DNA of 64,000 bases from an uncultured Gemmatimonadales bacterium (GTDB taxonomy: Bacteria; Gemmatimonadota; Gemmatimonadetes; Longimicrobiales; Longimicrobiaceae): positions 3,776,001 through 3,840,000 of the forward strand of contig OY970303.1 of the NCBI GenBank assembly GCA_963716255.1, read 5' to 3'. The notes under the pieces were generated by a model. It worked only from the letters and a program-made list of their open reading frames with translations. It did not search any database and was not told where the DNA came from. The stretch's first letter is position 1. The number at the start of each line of letters is the position of its first letter. Both the position numbers and the translations under genes were made by a program. Shown in pieces: positions 9,583 through 21,598 of this stretch.

Positions 9583-9590
9583 CGGCGGCT

Positions 9591-11018
9591 TCAGGGAACG
9601 GGGAGATCGGGGACGGGATCGGGCGCGGCGCTCTCCACGCGGACCCGGAGCTCGCCCTGGGCCAGGCGGACGCGCAGGCGCTGCTCGGGCGCCACCTCGG
9701 CGGCGGAGCGCACCGGGCGGCCGTCGTCGCGCGACACCACGGCGTAGCCGCGGGCCAGCACGCGCAGCGGCGAGCGGGCGTCCAGCCCCTCCGCGCCCAG
9801 GGCCAGTCGCTGCTCGTGCGCCTCCAGCCGGCCGTGGAGGGCGGTGGCGGCCTCCGCCTCCGCGGCGGCGGTGTCCAGGGTGAGCGCGTCCACGCGGCGC
9901 GCCATCCCAGCGTGCAGGTCGCCCGCGGCGCGGCGCAGGCGCGCCTCCACCCCCTCCAGCAGGCGGCGGGGGGAGCGCGCCTCCAGGTGCAGCGACGCCC
10001 CGGAGACCCCGGCTTCCAGCAGCGCCACCCGCCGCCCGAAGGCGTGCTCGGCGGCGCGGGCCTGCGCGTCCAGCGCGTCGCCGCGGCGGGCGGCGGCCCG
10101 GCGCACCCGGGCCGCGTTCTCGTCGGCGAATCCCCCCACGTACGCGGCGATCTCGCGCCCGTCGGGAACCGCTCGCTCGGCGCCGGCGGTAGGGGTGGCG
10201 GCGCGCACGTCGGCCACCAGGTCGGCCACGGTGTAGTCGGTCTCGTGCCCCACGGCGGAGATCACCGGAACCGGGCAGGCGGCGATGGCGCGCGCCACCG
10301 GCTCCATGTTGAAGGCCCAGAGCGACTCCATGCTCCCGCCGCCGCGCGCCACGATCACCACGTCCACCGGGCAATCCTCGCGCCTCGCGCCGAAGCGGCG
10401 GATGGCCGCGGCCACGTCGTCGGCGGCCTCCGCACCCTCCACGCCGCAGTGCGACACCAGCATGGGCACCCACCAGGCCTTGCGGCGCATGGTGCGGTGC
10501 ATGTCGTGGAGGGCGGCGCTCTGCGCGGAGGTCACCACGCCCACGCGCTCCGGGTACAGCGGGACGGGGCGCTTGCGGGCCTCGTCCAGCAGCCCCTCCT
10601 CGCGCAGCGTGGCGACGAGCCGGTCCTTTGCGACCTGCCAGAGCCCCCCGGCGCGGGTGGTCTCCACCCGCTGCACGTCCAGCTGGAACTGCCCCCGCCG
10701 CACGAAGATCCCCAGCTGCCCCATCACCTCCACCTGCATCCCGTCCTCGGGGAGCGCGGGGAGGTGGCGCGCCGTGCTCGCCCACAGGACGCAGCACAGC
10801 TCGGCGCGGTCGTCCTTGAGGGTGAAGTAGCAGTGGCCGGAGCGGTGCTTCTTCCACCCGGACACCTCGCCGCGCACCCACACCGACCCGGCCGCCTGGC
10901 GGATCACCTCGTCCGCGCGGCTGACCACGCGCCACACGCTGAACACCTTGCGCGGCGCCACGGCCTGCGCCTGCGGCGCGGCGGCGGGTGCGGGGATGGC
11001 GAGCCGGGAAGTTGCCAA
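9591..11018 (-). CDS. xseA: Exodeoxyribonuclease VII large subunit
   Basis: VWVRGEVSG, SGHCYFTLKD, ARGGGS, SAVGHETD, AATPT, LARGYA motifs. Confidence 0.95.
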   Translation of the reverse strand: MATSRLAIPAPAAAPQAQAVAPRKVFSVWRVVSRADEVIRQAAGSVWVRGEVSGWKKHRSGHCYFTLKDDRAELCCVLWASTARHLPALPEDGMQVEVMGQLGIFVRRGQFQLDVQRVETTRAGGLWQVAKDRLVATLREEGLLDEARKRPVPLYPERVGVVTSAQSAALHDMHRTMRRKAWWVPMLVSHCGVEGAEAADDVAAAIRRFGARREDCPVDVVIVARGGGSMESLWAFNMEPVARAIAACPVPVISAVGHETDYTVADLVADVRAATPTAGAERAVPDGREIAAYVGGFADENAARVRRAAARRGDALDAQARAAEHAFGRRVALLEAGVSGASLHLEARSPRRLLEGVEARLRRAAGDLHAGMARRVDALTLDTAAAEAEAATALHGRLEAHEQRLALGAEGLDARSPLRVLARGYAVVSRDDGRPVRSAAEVAPEQRLRVRLAQGELRVRVESAAPDPVPDLPVP

Positions 11019-11143
11019 TGGACGCCGGGGTGCGGGGGCGAGGTCGCTTCGCCTGTAAAGTAACGCTCCGGGCGGACATCGGGGTAGACGCGCGCCGCGG
11101 GGTGCGGGGAGGCGTCCAGTTTCGGGTGCGTGGACGGGGAATG

Positions 11144-11214
11144 GAAGTGCGAAAGTACGAAAGCGCGAAGTACGAAGAAGCGCCCCCGCCGGGAGATCCC
11201 GGTGGGGGCGCTTT
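11144..11214. repeat. Degenerate 7-8 bp tandem repeats (gaagtgcg/aaagtacg) plus terminator-like hairpin
   Basis: gaagtgcgaaagtacgaaagcgcgaagtacg then aagcgcccccgccggg-aga-tcccggtgggggcgcttt; related inverted copy at 14094..14157. Confidence 0.6.
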
Positions 11215-11236
11215 GGTCGAGGTCCGCTCAGACCCT

Positions 11237-11375
11237 CGCGTGAGGGATTCCGGCCCGAAGGGGCGAGACCGCGCGGCTGTTTGCGCGGGCTCGACTCCGT
11301 TAGCCCGCGTTGTTTGCGGGCTTACGGAGCCGAAGCCCGACCCCGGCGCCAGACGGGGGCACGCCCGAACCCGCC
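11237..11375 (+). repeat. Structured intergenic repeat, copy 1 (Flavo-1-like, tentative)
   Basis: cgcgtgagggat...ctccgtt-stem-acggag-ccgaagcccgacccc...gggcacgcccgaacccgcc. Confidence 0.85.
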
Positions 11376-11400
11376 CTTCAAAGCCGTCCTGTCGTCCAGG

Positions 11401-13797
11401 TCAGAGCGTCAGCCTGGTGATCCGGCCGAGCGTCGTGGCGGTGGTCGTCCAGTCGGGGAGCTGCCCCAGGAGCTGGTCGATGGCCGGGGACGAGCCGGGC
11501 GAGTAGTTCTCCACCACCTCGGCCTCCACCGGCTCCGCCCCGCGGATGCGCAGCGTGCCATCCCACCCCTCGGCGTTGCCGTAGGCGCGCAGCACGACCA
11601 TCGCGCCCTGCCCGGGCCGCGTGGGCGCCTGGGGATCCATGCGGGGCAGGCTCTCGCTGAACGACCAGCCGGCCAGCCGGGCCGCGGGAATGCGCACGTT
11701 GACCGCGTACTGGCGCCCGGGCGCGATGCGCAGGCGCACGGTGCGCTCGTCGCCCGCGGCGGCGCCCTCCGCCGTCGCGGTCACCGGCATCACGGGGAAG
11801 GGCGGGCGCTCCGCGGGGCGCGAGAAGCCCCGCCCGCGCGGCGCGAAGCGCGGCCCCGGTACCCCGGCGAGCGCCATCCCGGGGCTCAGCCAGTCGTCTC
11901 CGGTGACGAAGATCGTGGACGACGTGTCGGTGACCATCTGCTGCACCGCCAGGCGCTTGGGCCGCTCCGCGCTGTACGGGTGCGACAGCGCCAGCGCGAC
12001 CAGCCCCACCAGCCCCACCGCCGCCAGCACCCCGGAGGCCAGCCGCAGCCGCCCCGCCCGGTGCAGCGCGGCCGCGCCCGTGGCCGCAAGCCACACGGTG
12101 GGGAGCGCCACCATCAGCGCGATCACCGGGTCGAAGGCGATCCCCACCGGGAAGCGCCCCGCCACCGGCGCGAACAGCTTGAGCAGGACGATCTGCACCT
12201 GCGCCGTGAGCAGCGCCGGGACCACCCACGCCACCAGCAGCGCGGCCCACCAGGCCCGCGGCGCGAAGGTCCACACCAGCAGCCCAAGCGCCCCCGCGAG
12301 CGTCCACCAGAGCGCCACGTACCCCGTCCCCAGCCCCGCGAAGGTGCAGAGCGCGAGCAGCAGCGCCCAGGCCAGGGTGGCGCCCGCCAGCGTGGCGCGC
12401 CCCTCGTCGCCCGCGCCGCGCCGCCGGCCGCGGCGCTCCCAGACGCCGTGCACGAACAGGAACGCCGCGAGCGCCAGCGCGCCGAAGGTCACCCACCCCA
12501 GCCCCGGCCGCGCGAACCACCCGTGCGGCCGCCCCAGCACCATCCCCAGCACGTAGCCCACGACCACCGGCACCAGGAGCCCGGCGACCGTCGCCAGCAG
12601 GGTCACGCCCATCCCCGCGAGCGCCCGGCCCCAGGTGAGCGGGGTGCGGCGGGCCGCCACGGCCACCGCGGCGAGCGCCAGCAGGATCGCGACCACGGCC
12701 AGGATCATGGCCGTGCCCGCCGAGTAGGCGAACATGGTCCGCCCCAGGAGGTCGTAGTAGATGGAGGGCGCGGCGCTCACGTTGCCGGGGAGCGGCCCGG
12801 TGGCCAGCTCGCGGACCAGCGCCAGCGTGTTGCCCCCCATGTGCTGGATGGAGCCCGGCTGCACCCGCTCCACCCGGTCGAGCGCCGTGTGGTAGGCGTA
12901 GCCGTCCTGGTACAGCGCGACGTCCAGCCCGCGCAGCCGTCCCTGGTCGCGGTAGACGCGGAAGTCGGTGTCCGAGGGGATGGCGCCGCTCTGGAAGATG
13001 TCCTGCCCCAGCACGGTGCCGTAGGGGAGGGGGACGGAGCGGGCGTACTCCTCCGTGAGCCAGTCGTTGCCCGGCCCCGCCTGGAAGAGCACCGCCTTTC
13101 CGCGCGGCCCCGCCGACTCCAGGTTGACGAAGGCGCGGACGTCCGCCGCCCAGGGGTGGTCCAGGAAGGCCTTGGAGCCCAGGAGCCCGGCCTCCTCGCC
13201 GTCGTTGAAGTTGAAGACCACCGTGTGCTGCGGACGCGGCCCCGCCGCCAGGGCGCGCGCCACCTCCACCGCCGCCGCCACCGAAACGGCGTTGTCGCCC
13301 GCGCCGAAGCTTTCCGGCGGCGAGTCGTAGTGCGCCGACACCAGCACCGCCGAGGCCGAGTCGCCGCGGATGCGGGCCAGCACGTTGGTGGTGCGGCGGA
13401 GCTCGGTCGTCCCCGGGCGCCACATGGCCTCCCCGGATTCCATGCGGTCCTGCATCTGCACCTCCACCCCGGGGATCGCCCCCAGCGTGGCGGCCAGGTA
13501 CGCCGCCGCCCGATCGCGCTCCGACGAGCCGGTCACCCGCCGGCCGATCGTGCCCGCCAGGAACTGCATCACGGGACGCGCCCGCGCCTCCGAGAACTCC
13601 GTGGGCGGCGCGCCGGCGGACACCGGCGCGGGCGGCCGGTCGCCCCATTCGGCGAGGGCCAGCACGGCCGCGAGGACCGCCGCCGAAGCCAGCCAGACGA
13701 GGCCGCGGCGCCCGCGGGGCTCGCGGGGCTCGTCGACGGGAGGAGACACGGGGGCGCGGCGGGTCCCGTGGGTGCGAATGTGGGTGGGTTCTTCCAT
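11401..13797 (-). CDS. Membrane-bound M28 family metallopeptidase (ERMP1-like)
   Basis: VSAHYDS, GAGDN, GEEAGLLGS, NLES, SDTDF, YHT motifs followed by multiple TM helices. Confidence 0.9.
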   Translation of the reverse strand: MEEPTHIRTHGTRRAPVSPPVDEPREPRGRRGLVWLASAAVLAAVLALAEWGDRPPAPVSAGAPPTEFSEARARPVMQFLAGTIGRRVTGSSERDRAAAYLAATLGAIPGVEVQMQDRMESGEAMWRPGTTELRRTTNVLARIRGDSASAVLVSAHYDSPPESFGAGDNAVSVAAAVEVARALAAGPRPQHTVVFNFNDGEEAGLLGSKAFLDHPWAADVRAFVNLESAGPRGKAVLFQAGPGNDWLTEEYARSVPLPYGTVLGQDIFQSGAIPSDTDFRVYRDQGRLRGLDVALYQDGYAYHTALDRVERVQPGSIQHMGGNTLALVRELATGPLPGNVSAAPSIYYDLLGRTMFAYSAGTAMILAVVAILLALAAVAVAARRTPLTWGRALAGMGVTLLATVAGLLVPVVVGYVLGMVLGRPHGWFARPGLGWVTFGALALAAFLFVHGVWERRGRRRGAGDEGRATLAGATLAWALLLALCTFAGLGTGYVALWWTLAGALGLLVWTFAPRAWWAALLVAWVVPALLTAQVQIVLLKLFAPVAGRFPVGIAFDPVIALMVALPTVWLAATGAAALHRAGRLRLASGVLAAVGLVGLVALALSHPYSAERPKRLAVQQMVTDTSSTIFVTGDDWLSPGMALAGVPGPRFAPRGRGFSRPAERPPFPVMPVTATAEGAAAGDERTVRLRIAPGRQYAVNVRIPAARLAGWSFSESLPRMDPQAPTRPGQGAMVVLRAYGNAEGWDGTLRIRGAEPVEAEVVENYSPGSSPAIDQLLGQLPDWTTTATTLGRITRLTL

Positions 13798-14093
13798 GGG
13801 AGGCTTGGGAGGCTGCGGCAGGAGAGGCCCGGGGTGGGCGATGTAATTGATGGCGGACAATATGCGACCACCCGGCGGCGGGCGCAACGACCTCGGCGGC
13901 GGCTGGCGCGTGTGGGGTTGGATCGTGGCGTGGGGCCGCTCCGGAGCCGGACGATACTGCCGTCCGTCTCCTGCGCGGGTCGCGGAGCCACCGGAAACCG
14001 CCCCGGTGTCTCCGCTCCGGCTCCGGGAACCTCACGCAAACGGCCGCGCGAGTTTCCCTCCGCAGAAGACCCGATGGGTACCGCGGAACCGCG

Positions 14094-14157
14094 AAAGGCG
14101 CCCCTGCCGAGGTCTCCCGGCGAGGGCGCCTTTTCGTACTCCGCACTCCCGCACTTC
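14094..14157 (-). terminator. Terminator hairpin with short tandem repeats downstream of the DUF3108-like gene
   Basis: aaaggcgcccctgccgaggtctcccggcgagggcgcctttt then cgtactccgcactcccgcacttc. Confidence 0.65.
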
Positions 14158-14974
14158 AGTTCGCCGGCGATCCGCCTCCGGCGTGCGTGGCCGACTGCAG
14201 CGCCATCGTCACCGATCCCACGAACGGCATGGACGACTCGATGCGCACGGGGACGCGGCGCTCGTCGTCGGTGAGGAAGAGCCGGATCACGGCCTCGCGC
14301 CCCTCCCTGTAGCGCTCCGGGTCGTGCACGCGCATCTCCACCACGATGGCCTGGAACTCGCCGGCCGGCACGGAAACCCGCTGGCGGCCCACGACGCGCA
14401 CCCGCACCGGGTTGCGGCGGGTGTCGAAGTGGCGGTTCAGGTCGTAGGCGGCGCCCGCCTCCAGCGGCAGCGTGCGGATGAAGAACAGGAACGACAGCTC
14501 GTCCAGCGGCGCCGCGGTGGGGGTGGCGCCCTGCTCGCCCCCGGCCGACGCCCACCTGCGGTCCGCCAGGTCCATGCGCACGTCCTCGCTGCGGCTGCCC
14601 AGCGGGCTGCGCTCGGTTTTGGTGTAGCGCATGGACGCCATGGCGCGCGCGTCGAGCCACGAGCGCGTGCGGTCGCGGATCATTGCGGGGCCCATGCGCC
14701 CGCTGAAGTCGAAGCCCAGGACGTAGGCGCGGCGCCCCTGCACCTCCTCCGGTCCGGTCACGGTCAGGGTCCCCGTCCCCAGCTTCCCGAAGCGGCTGCT
14801 GCTAGCCCGGTACACCAGCTCCTCGCCGATCCCGAAGGGGATGCGCGGGGCCTGCGCCCGCAGGCCGGAGCCGGGGAGGGCCAGCGCCAGTGCGGCGAGG
14901 ACGGCGAGGACCCGGCCTCCCGCGCCGCGCCGGACCCCGTGCCGGATGCTGCCGATGCCGTTGCCGTTGCCCAC
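14156..14974 (-). CDS. Secreted DUF3108-like protein
   Basis: Signal peptide, PFGIGEELVY, LDELSFLFFIR, VSVPAGEF, TDDERRVPVRI; GTG start after GGAGG. Confidence 0.75.
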   Translation of the reverse strand: MGNGNGIGSIRHGVRRGAGGRVLAVLAALALALPGSGLRAQAPRIPFGIGEELVYRASSSRFGKLGTGTLTVTGPEEVQGRRAYVLGFDFSGRMGPAMIRDRTRSWLDARAMASMRYTKTERSPLGSRSEDVRMDLADRRWASAGGEQGATPTAAPLDELSFLFFIRTLPLEAGAAYDLNRHFDTRRNPVRVRVVGRQRVSVPAGEFQAIVVEMRVHDPERYREGREAVIRLFLTDDERRVPVRIESSMPFVGSVTMALQSATHAGGGSPAN

Positions 14975-15134
14975 CTCTGCCTCCCTCGCTCGTGCGGTTC
15001 TCGCTTCCACCACCGGAAGCTAGGGCCGCGCGGGGCGCCCGAGTGTCGGGGCGGGGCGGAGGACGGTGTGGGGGGAGCCGGGAGACCGGGTGTGGGGGAT
15101 GTCCCCACACCGCGGTCATTGGTGGCCGGAGCCA

Positions 15135-15172
15135 TTGGCGGGGCCGGCGGGTCGTGTTACCATAATGGTAAC
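15135..15172 (+). promoter_or_regulatory. higBA promoter with palindromic operator
   Basis: TTGGCG-N17-TACCAT (extended TG); perfect IR GTTACCAT-A-ATGGTAAC at 15156..15172. Confidence 0.65.
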
Positions 15173-15211
15173 GAATTCTGCGTGCTTCTATCCTTGTCCC
15201 CGGAGCCTGGC

Positions 15212-15508
15212 GTGCACGTCATCACCAGACAGCGCCTGGTCGAGTTCTGGAAGAAGCACCCCGATGCCGAGGAACCGCTGAAAGCCTGGATGGCGTTGAT
15301 GAAGGCGGGGCGGTTCCGGAACTCTCACGACCTGAAGGCCCGGTTCGGATCGGCGGACTTCCTGGGCGGCAGAAAAACGGTGTTCGACATCGGGGGAAAC
15401 AAGTACCGGCTGGTGGCGGTGATCTGGTACGAGACGGGACAGGTCCACATCAAGCACGTGCTGACGCACTCCGAGTACGACCGTCTGACCCGGTCGGGCG
15501 GGCTCTAG
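15212..15508 (+). CDS. higB: HigB-family toxin (mRNA interferase)
   Basis: VHVITRQRLVEFWKKHPDAEEPLKAW...VFDIGGNKYRLV...LTHSEYD. Confidence 0.92.
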   Translation: MHVITRQRLVEFWKKHPDAEEPLKAWMALMKAGRFRNSHDLKARFGSADFLGGRKTVFDIGGNKYRLVAVIWYETGQVHIKHVLTHSEYDRLTRSGGL

Positions 15509-15575
15509 CAGCGGGTCGGGGCCTGGGCACCGTCCGTTGAGCGGGAATGGTGCACATCAGCGGGTGAAAGGCGAA

Positions 15576-15956
15576 ATGGCAACGCTCCTCGACTTCAGCA
15601 GGCCGCACGTCCTCCGGAACCGGGAGGAGTACGATGCCGCCATCCGTGAGATCGACCTTCTTTCCGATCAGGATCCGGCGTCCGGTACGGAGGAGCACGA
15701 CCGCCTGCTCTTCCTCATGGTGCTCGTCGAGGCCTACGATACGGAGCACTACCCCGACGAGATGTTCGCGACCACGCCGCAGGCGGTGGTGGATTTCATG
15801 CTCGAGCAGAAGGGGGTGTCCCGGGCCGAGTTGGCGGAGGCGATGGGCGGCCGGAGCCGGGTGTCGGACTTCTTCCAGGGCAAGCGTCCCCTCTCCCGTG
15901 GGCAGATCGTCGCGCTCCGCGACCTCCTGGGCATCCCCGCCGACCTCCTCCTGTAG
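15576..15956 (+). CDS. higA: HigA-family HTH antitoxin
   Basis: EEYDAA..LVEAYD..FMLEQKGVSRAELAEAMGGRSRVSDFFQGKRPLS; follows higB. Confidence 0.92.
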   Translation: MATLLDFSRPHVLRNREEYDAAIREIDLLSDQDPASGTEEHDRLLFLMVLVEAYDTEHYPDEMFATTPQAVVDFMLEQKGVSRAELAEAMGGRSRVSDFFQGKRPLSRGQIVALRDLLGIPADLLL

Positions 15957-15981
15957 GCCGCGGTCGTTTCCCGAAGGCGCA

Positions 15982-16020
15982 CGGATGCAGGCTCGCGGCG
16001 CCGCCGCGAGCCTGCATCCG
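15982..16020. terminator. Hairpin downstream of higA
   Basis: cggatgcaggctcgcggcg/cgccgcgagcctgcatccg. Confidence 0.65.
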
Positions 16021-16382
16021 CGTCCATGGCCGTATCGCTCCGGTTGCCCGGGAACCCTCACCTTTCCGCCGCCGCTCGGGCCGGCACCCGGCGCGCCGTG
16101 CTCCGCCACATGCGCGGGGGCGCCAGCAGCACGGGGCAGGGCGCCGACCACGCCACCTCCGATCCCACGCTCCCGGCCACCGCCCGGCCCAGCGGGCCGC
16201 GGTCCGCACCACCGCGTTCGGCGCGGCGCCCAGGTTCGAGGCGGCCAGGACGGGGCGGCGCAAGCTCGGGTGCTGCATGGGGTCCTCCCGGGGTCCGGCG
16301 TCGGCGCGGGGTGTCGAAGAGCGCCCGCAAAATTCCGTGTCTCCGTGTCCGCCGGGTCGGGGGTCCGGCGCGGCGTGGCCAA

Positions 16383-17288
16383 TCAGGCGGCGGGGAGCGG
16401 CGCCGGCATCGCCTCCGGCGCCCGCGCGCCTCCGGGCGATTCCCGGCGCTCCGCGCCGGGGACCGCGAGCACGCTGCAGGGGGCGCCCCGCAGCGCCGCG
16501 GCGGCGTTGCTCCCCAGGTGGAAGCGGGCCGCCCCGGGGCGCCCGGTTCCCAGCACCACCAGGTCCGCCGCCCACTCCGACGCCTCGGCCAGGATCTCGT
16601 CCGCGGGCACGCCCAGGCGCACCTTGCACTGCACCCCGCGGGCGCGCGGCCGGCGCCCGCGCACGAAGGCGTCCAGCTCCCGCTGGGCCCTTTCCTCCCG
16701 CGCGGCGCGGGGGAGCGCCGACCGCGCGGGACCGTCCTCCACCACCCGCAGCGAGCGGAGGTGCGGGGGGCACCCCGGGCAGAGCGCCCCGGCCACGTCC
16801 AGCCCGCGCTCGTGCACCTCCACCCCCGCGTCGGTCAGGTCGGCGGCCAGCAGGACGCGCCGCGGCCCGCGCGCCAGCGAGGCGCGCTGCACCAGCACCG
16901 GCACCCCGGCCCGGCGCACCACGCCCTCCGCGGTGGTGCCCAGGAAGTGCCGCCAGACGCGGTTCCCGCGCGTGGCACCCACCACCAGCAGCTCCGCGCC
17001 CACCGCGCGCGCGGTCTCCGGCAGGCGCTCCGTGGCCGCGCCCTCCACCACGTGGAGCACCGCCGCCGTGCCGGGTGCGTCCGCGTGGAGGCGCGCCTCC
17101 AGGCGCGCCCGCAGCCCCGCCGCGTGGCCGCCGGACCCGGCGCCCCCCGCCGCCGCGGCGTCGAAGGCGTGCACCACGTGCAGCGTCGCGCCCAGCGCGC
17201 GCGCCGTCTCGGCCACGTGGGGGAGGAGAGGGTCGGGAGCGTCCAGCAAGGCGATGCCGGCAACGATCGTCCGCAGGGGGTGGAGCAT
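16383..17288 (-). CDS. Universal stress protein (tandem USP domains)
   Basis: LHVVHA, AELLVVG..LGTTAEGVVRRAGVPVLV; ADLVVLG..LGSNAAAALRGAPCSVLAV. Confidence 0.88.
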   Translation of the reverse strand: MLHPLRTIVAGIALLDAPDPLLPHVAETARALGATLHVVHAFDAAAAGGAGSGGHAAGLRARLEARLHADAPGTAAVLHVVEGAATERLPETARAVGAELLVVGATRGNRVWRHFLGTTAEGVVRRAGVPVLVQRASLARGPRRVLLAADLTDAGVEVHERGLDVAGALCPGCPPHLRSLRVVEDGPARSALPRAAREERAQRELDAFVRGRRPRARGVQCKVRLGVPADEILAEASEWAADLVVLGTGRPGAARFHLGSNAAAALRGAPCSVLAVPGAERRESPGGARAPEAMPAPLPAA

Positions 17289-17547
17289 GGTGCCTCGGGT
17301 AGCAGCCCGGTGTCCCGCGGGCGGGGACCTCCCCCGCCGTCCGGGAAGAAAGCTACGGCGCGGGGGTCGCGGGCACGTCGGGCGCCGGGGGTCGCGGGCG
17401 TAGGGGAACGCCACCCGGCGTCCGCCGCCAGGCGTCGAGAAAAACCGGACACGGAGTCCGCGGGCACCACCTTTCCCCCCGCGCGCGCGGCGCGTAGCTT
17501 CCGGCTGTGGTGTCCCCGCCGCTCCCCCTCCCCCGACCGCCGCGCCC

Positions 17548-19559
<2,012 letters not shown>

Positions 19560-19563
<4 letters not shown>

Positions 19564-20006
19564 GCAGCCAGAGCGTGTCCCGCCCCGTGGAGGTGCTGCT
19601 GGTGGAGGACAACCCGGGCGACGTGCGGCTGACGCGGGAAGCCCTCAAGGAAGGATCGATCCGCAGCCACCTGCACGTGGCCCGCGACGGCGTGGAGGCG
19701 CTCGCCTTCCTGCGCCGCCAGGGCGAGCACGCCGGCGCCCCGCGCCCCGACCTGGTCCTCCTGGACCTCAACCTCCCCCGCAAGGACGGCAGGGAGGTGC
19801 TCACGGAGATCAAGGAGGACGCGGCCCTGCGGCAGATCCCGGTGGTGGTGCTCACCAGCTCGCAGGCCGATGAGGATATCCGCCGCGCCTACGACCTGCA
19901 CGCCAACTGCTACATCGCCAAGCCGGTGGACCTGGACCGGTTCATCCACGTCGTGCGGTCCATCGAGGAGTTCTGGTTCACCGTGGTCAAGCTGCCTCCC
20001 GAGTGA
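19560..20006 (+). CDS. Single-domain response regulator (Rcp1-like)
   Basis: [41 protein letters not shown] overlap with the kinase. Confidence 0.93.
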
Positions 20007-20025
20007 TGCAGCTGGGGCGGTTTAC

Positions 20026-20165
20026 GGCGGGTTCGGGCGTGTCCCCCGCGGGGCGCGGGGGTCGGGCTTCGGCTCCGTTGGGCTGCAAACAACGCAGCCC
20101 AACGGAGTCGAGCCCCGCGAAACTGCCCGCGGGTCTCGCCCCTTCGGGCCGGGATCCCTCACGCG
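20026..20165 (-). repeat. Structured intergenic repeat, copy 2
   Basis: Reverse complement aligns with copy 1. Confidence 0.85.
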
Positions 20166-20210
20166 GGGCCCCCACCCGGCTCGCTTGAGGCTCGCACGGC
20201 TTACCCCCTA

Positions 20211-21598
20211 TCAGGTCGCTGAAAAACGGCAGCCTGGAGTGTGACGTGGAAAACTTCCACTCCAGAATCAGCGAAACGGGGCTTTTCCGGCGTATGGGGT
20301 GCCCGGTTTCCCGCCCGTGCAGCCATTTTCGGCGTGCACGGACGCACTGTGCCTCAGGCGAGGGCCTGCAAACCCGGCGCGAGGCGTGCCAGGCGCAGGA
20401 GGTTGTACGCGGCGCCCACGATCAGCGCCTTCTGCGTCAGCTTCCAGCGATCCACGTGGCGGCTCCGACGCATCCCGCCGATCTCCTTTGCCCAGCCGAA
20501 GATCTCCTCGATCCGCTTACGCTTGCGTTGCGAGAGGGCGTACTCCGGCGTACCCATCCGCTCTCGGGCTCGGCTGCGCGCTTCGGCTCCCTTGGCGTCC
20601 GGGTCGATCGGCCCCTCCGGGATCGGCACGTGCGCGCTCACACCGTCCTGATAGGCTGCCTGGAGGAACGGGCCACTGGGATAGCCCCCATCCAGCCCCA
20701 CCGTGCGCTCCACCGGCAAGTCGTGCCGAATCCGGCTGCGCTCCAGCAGCAGGAGTGCCTGGTCGCGCTCGCCCGTCCCGTCGGCCTCCACCACGCTGAC
20801 GTCGATGAGCAGCCCGTGCCGGTTCTCCATCAGCGCGTTCAGCAGATGGCACAGCCGCGCCGGCACTCCCTTGCTCTTGGTCGCCAGGCGCGCCTCGGGG
20901 TCCGTGAGCGAGCGGTGCGTCGCGTTGGTCCGCTTCTCTTTGCGGAAGTTCACCGAGGGATTGCTCGTGTCGCCGTCCTTCGAGCCGTCGCTGACCTTCT
21001 CGTCCGGGCTGCCGATCTTGCGCAGGCTCTTCATCGAGGCATAGCTCTCGATCAGGCTGCCATCGATCGAGAAGTGCTCCTGGCTCGCCAGTTCCTCCAG
21101 GTACGCCCCCTCGATGATCCGCTCGAAGAAGGTGCGCACCAGCCCGTGCTTCTCGAACCGATCCCGGTTCTGCGTGAACGTGGTCGCATCCCACGCCCCC
21201 GCATGCGGCTCCAGGTCCAGGAACCACCGGTAAGCCAAGTTCACTCCGATCTGCTCCACCAGCATCCGCTCCGAACGGATCGAGTGCAGCGCCTGAAGCA
21301 GCAGCGCCTTCAGCAGCATCTCCGGCGGGATACTCGCCCGTCCCAGAGCCGCGTAGGCGCGGTCGAACTCCGGACTCATCCCGGCCAGCACCGCATCGGC
21401 TCGCGCCTTGACCGCCCGCAGCGGATGCGTAGGCGAGAGCAGGCTCTCCGGATCGTAGAACATCCACATCGCGTGCTGCTGGCTGACTCGTCCGCGCATC
21501 GTGGCTGCTCCCCGAGAGTGTGAGGACAGGTTTTCCCCAATCTACGACGCCACACCCTCGCGCGCACGCGCGTGCGCACAAGCTTTTCAGCAACCTGC
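20211..21598 (-). mobile_element. IS5-family insertion sequence (~1.39 kb)
   Basis: Terminal IRs caggtcgctgaaaa / ttttcagcaacctg (13/14), flanked by TA on both sides; single transposase. Confidence 0.9.
20354..21499 (-). CDS. IS5-family DDE transposase
   Basis: HPLR, GRASIPPEMLLKALLLQ, FSIDGSLIE, TDPEARL, LDGGY, RKRIEEIFGWAK. Confidence 0.93.
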   Translation of the reverse strand: MRGRVSQQHAMWMFYDPESLLSPTHPLRAVKARADAVLAGMSPEFDRAYAALGRASIPPEMLLKALLLQALHSIRSERMLVEQIGVNLAYRWFLDLEPHAGAWDATTFTQNRDRFEKHGLVRTFFERIIEGAYLEELASQEHFSIDGSLIESYASMKSLRKIGSPDEKVSDGSKDGDTSNPSVNFRKEKRTNATHRSLTDPEARLATKSKGVPARLCHLLNALMENRHGLLIDVSVVEADGTGERDQALLLLERSRIRHDLPVERTVGLDGGYPSGPFLQAAYQDGVSAHVPIPEGPIDPDAKGAEARSRARERMGTPEYALSQRKRKRIEEIFGWAKEIGGMRRSRHVDRWKLTQKALIVGAAYNLLRLARLAPGLQALA

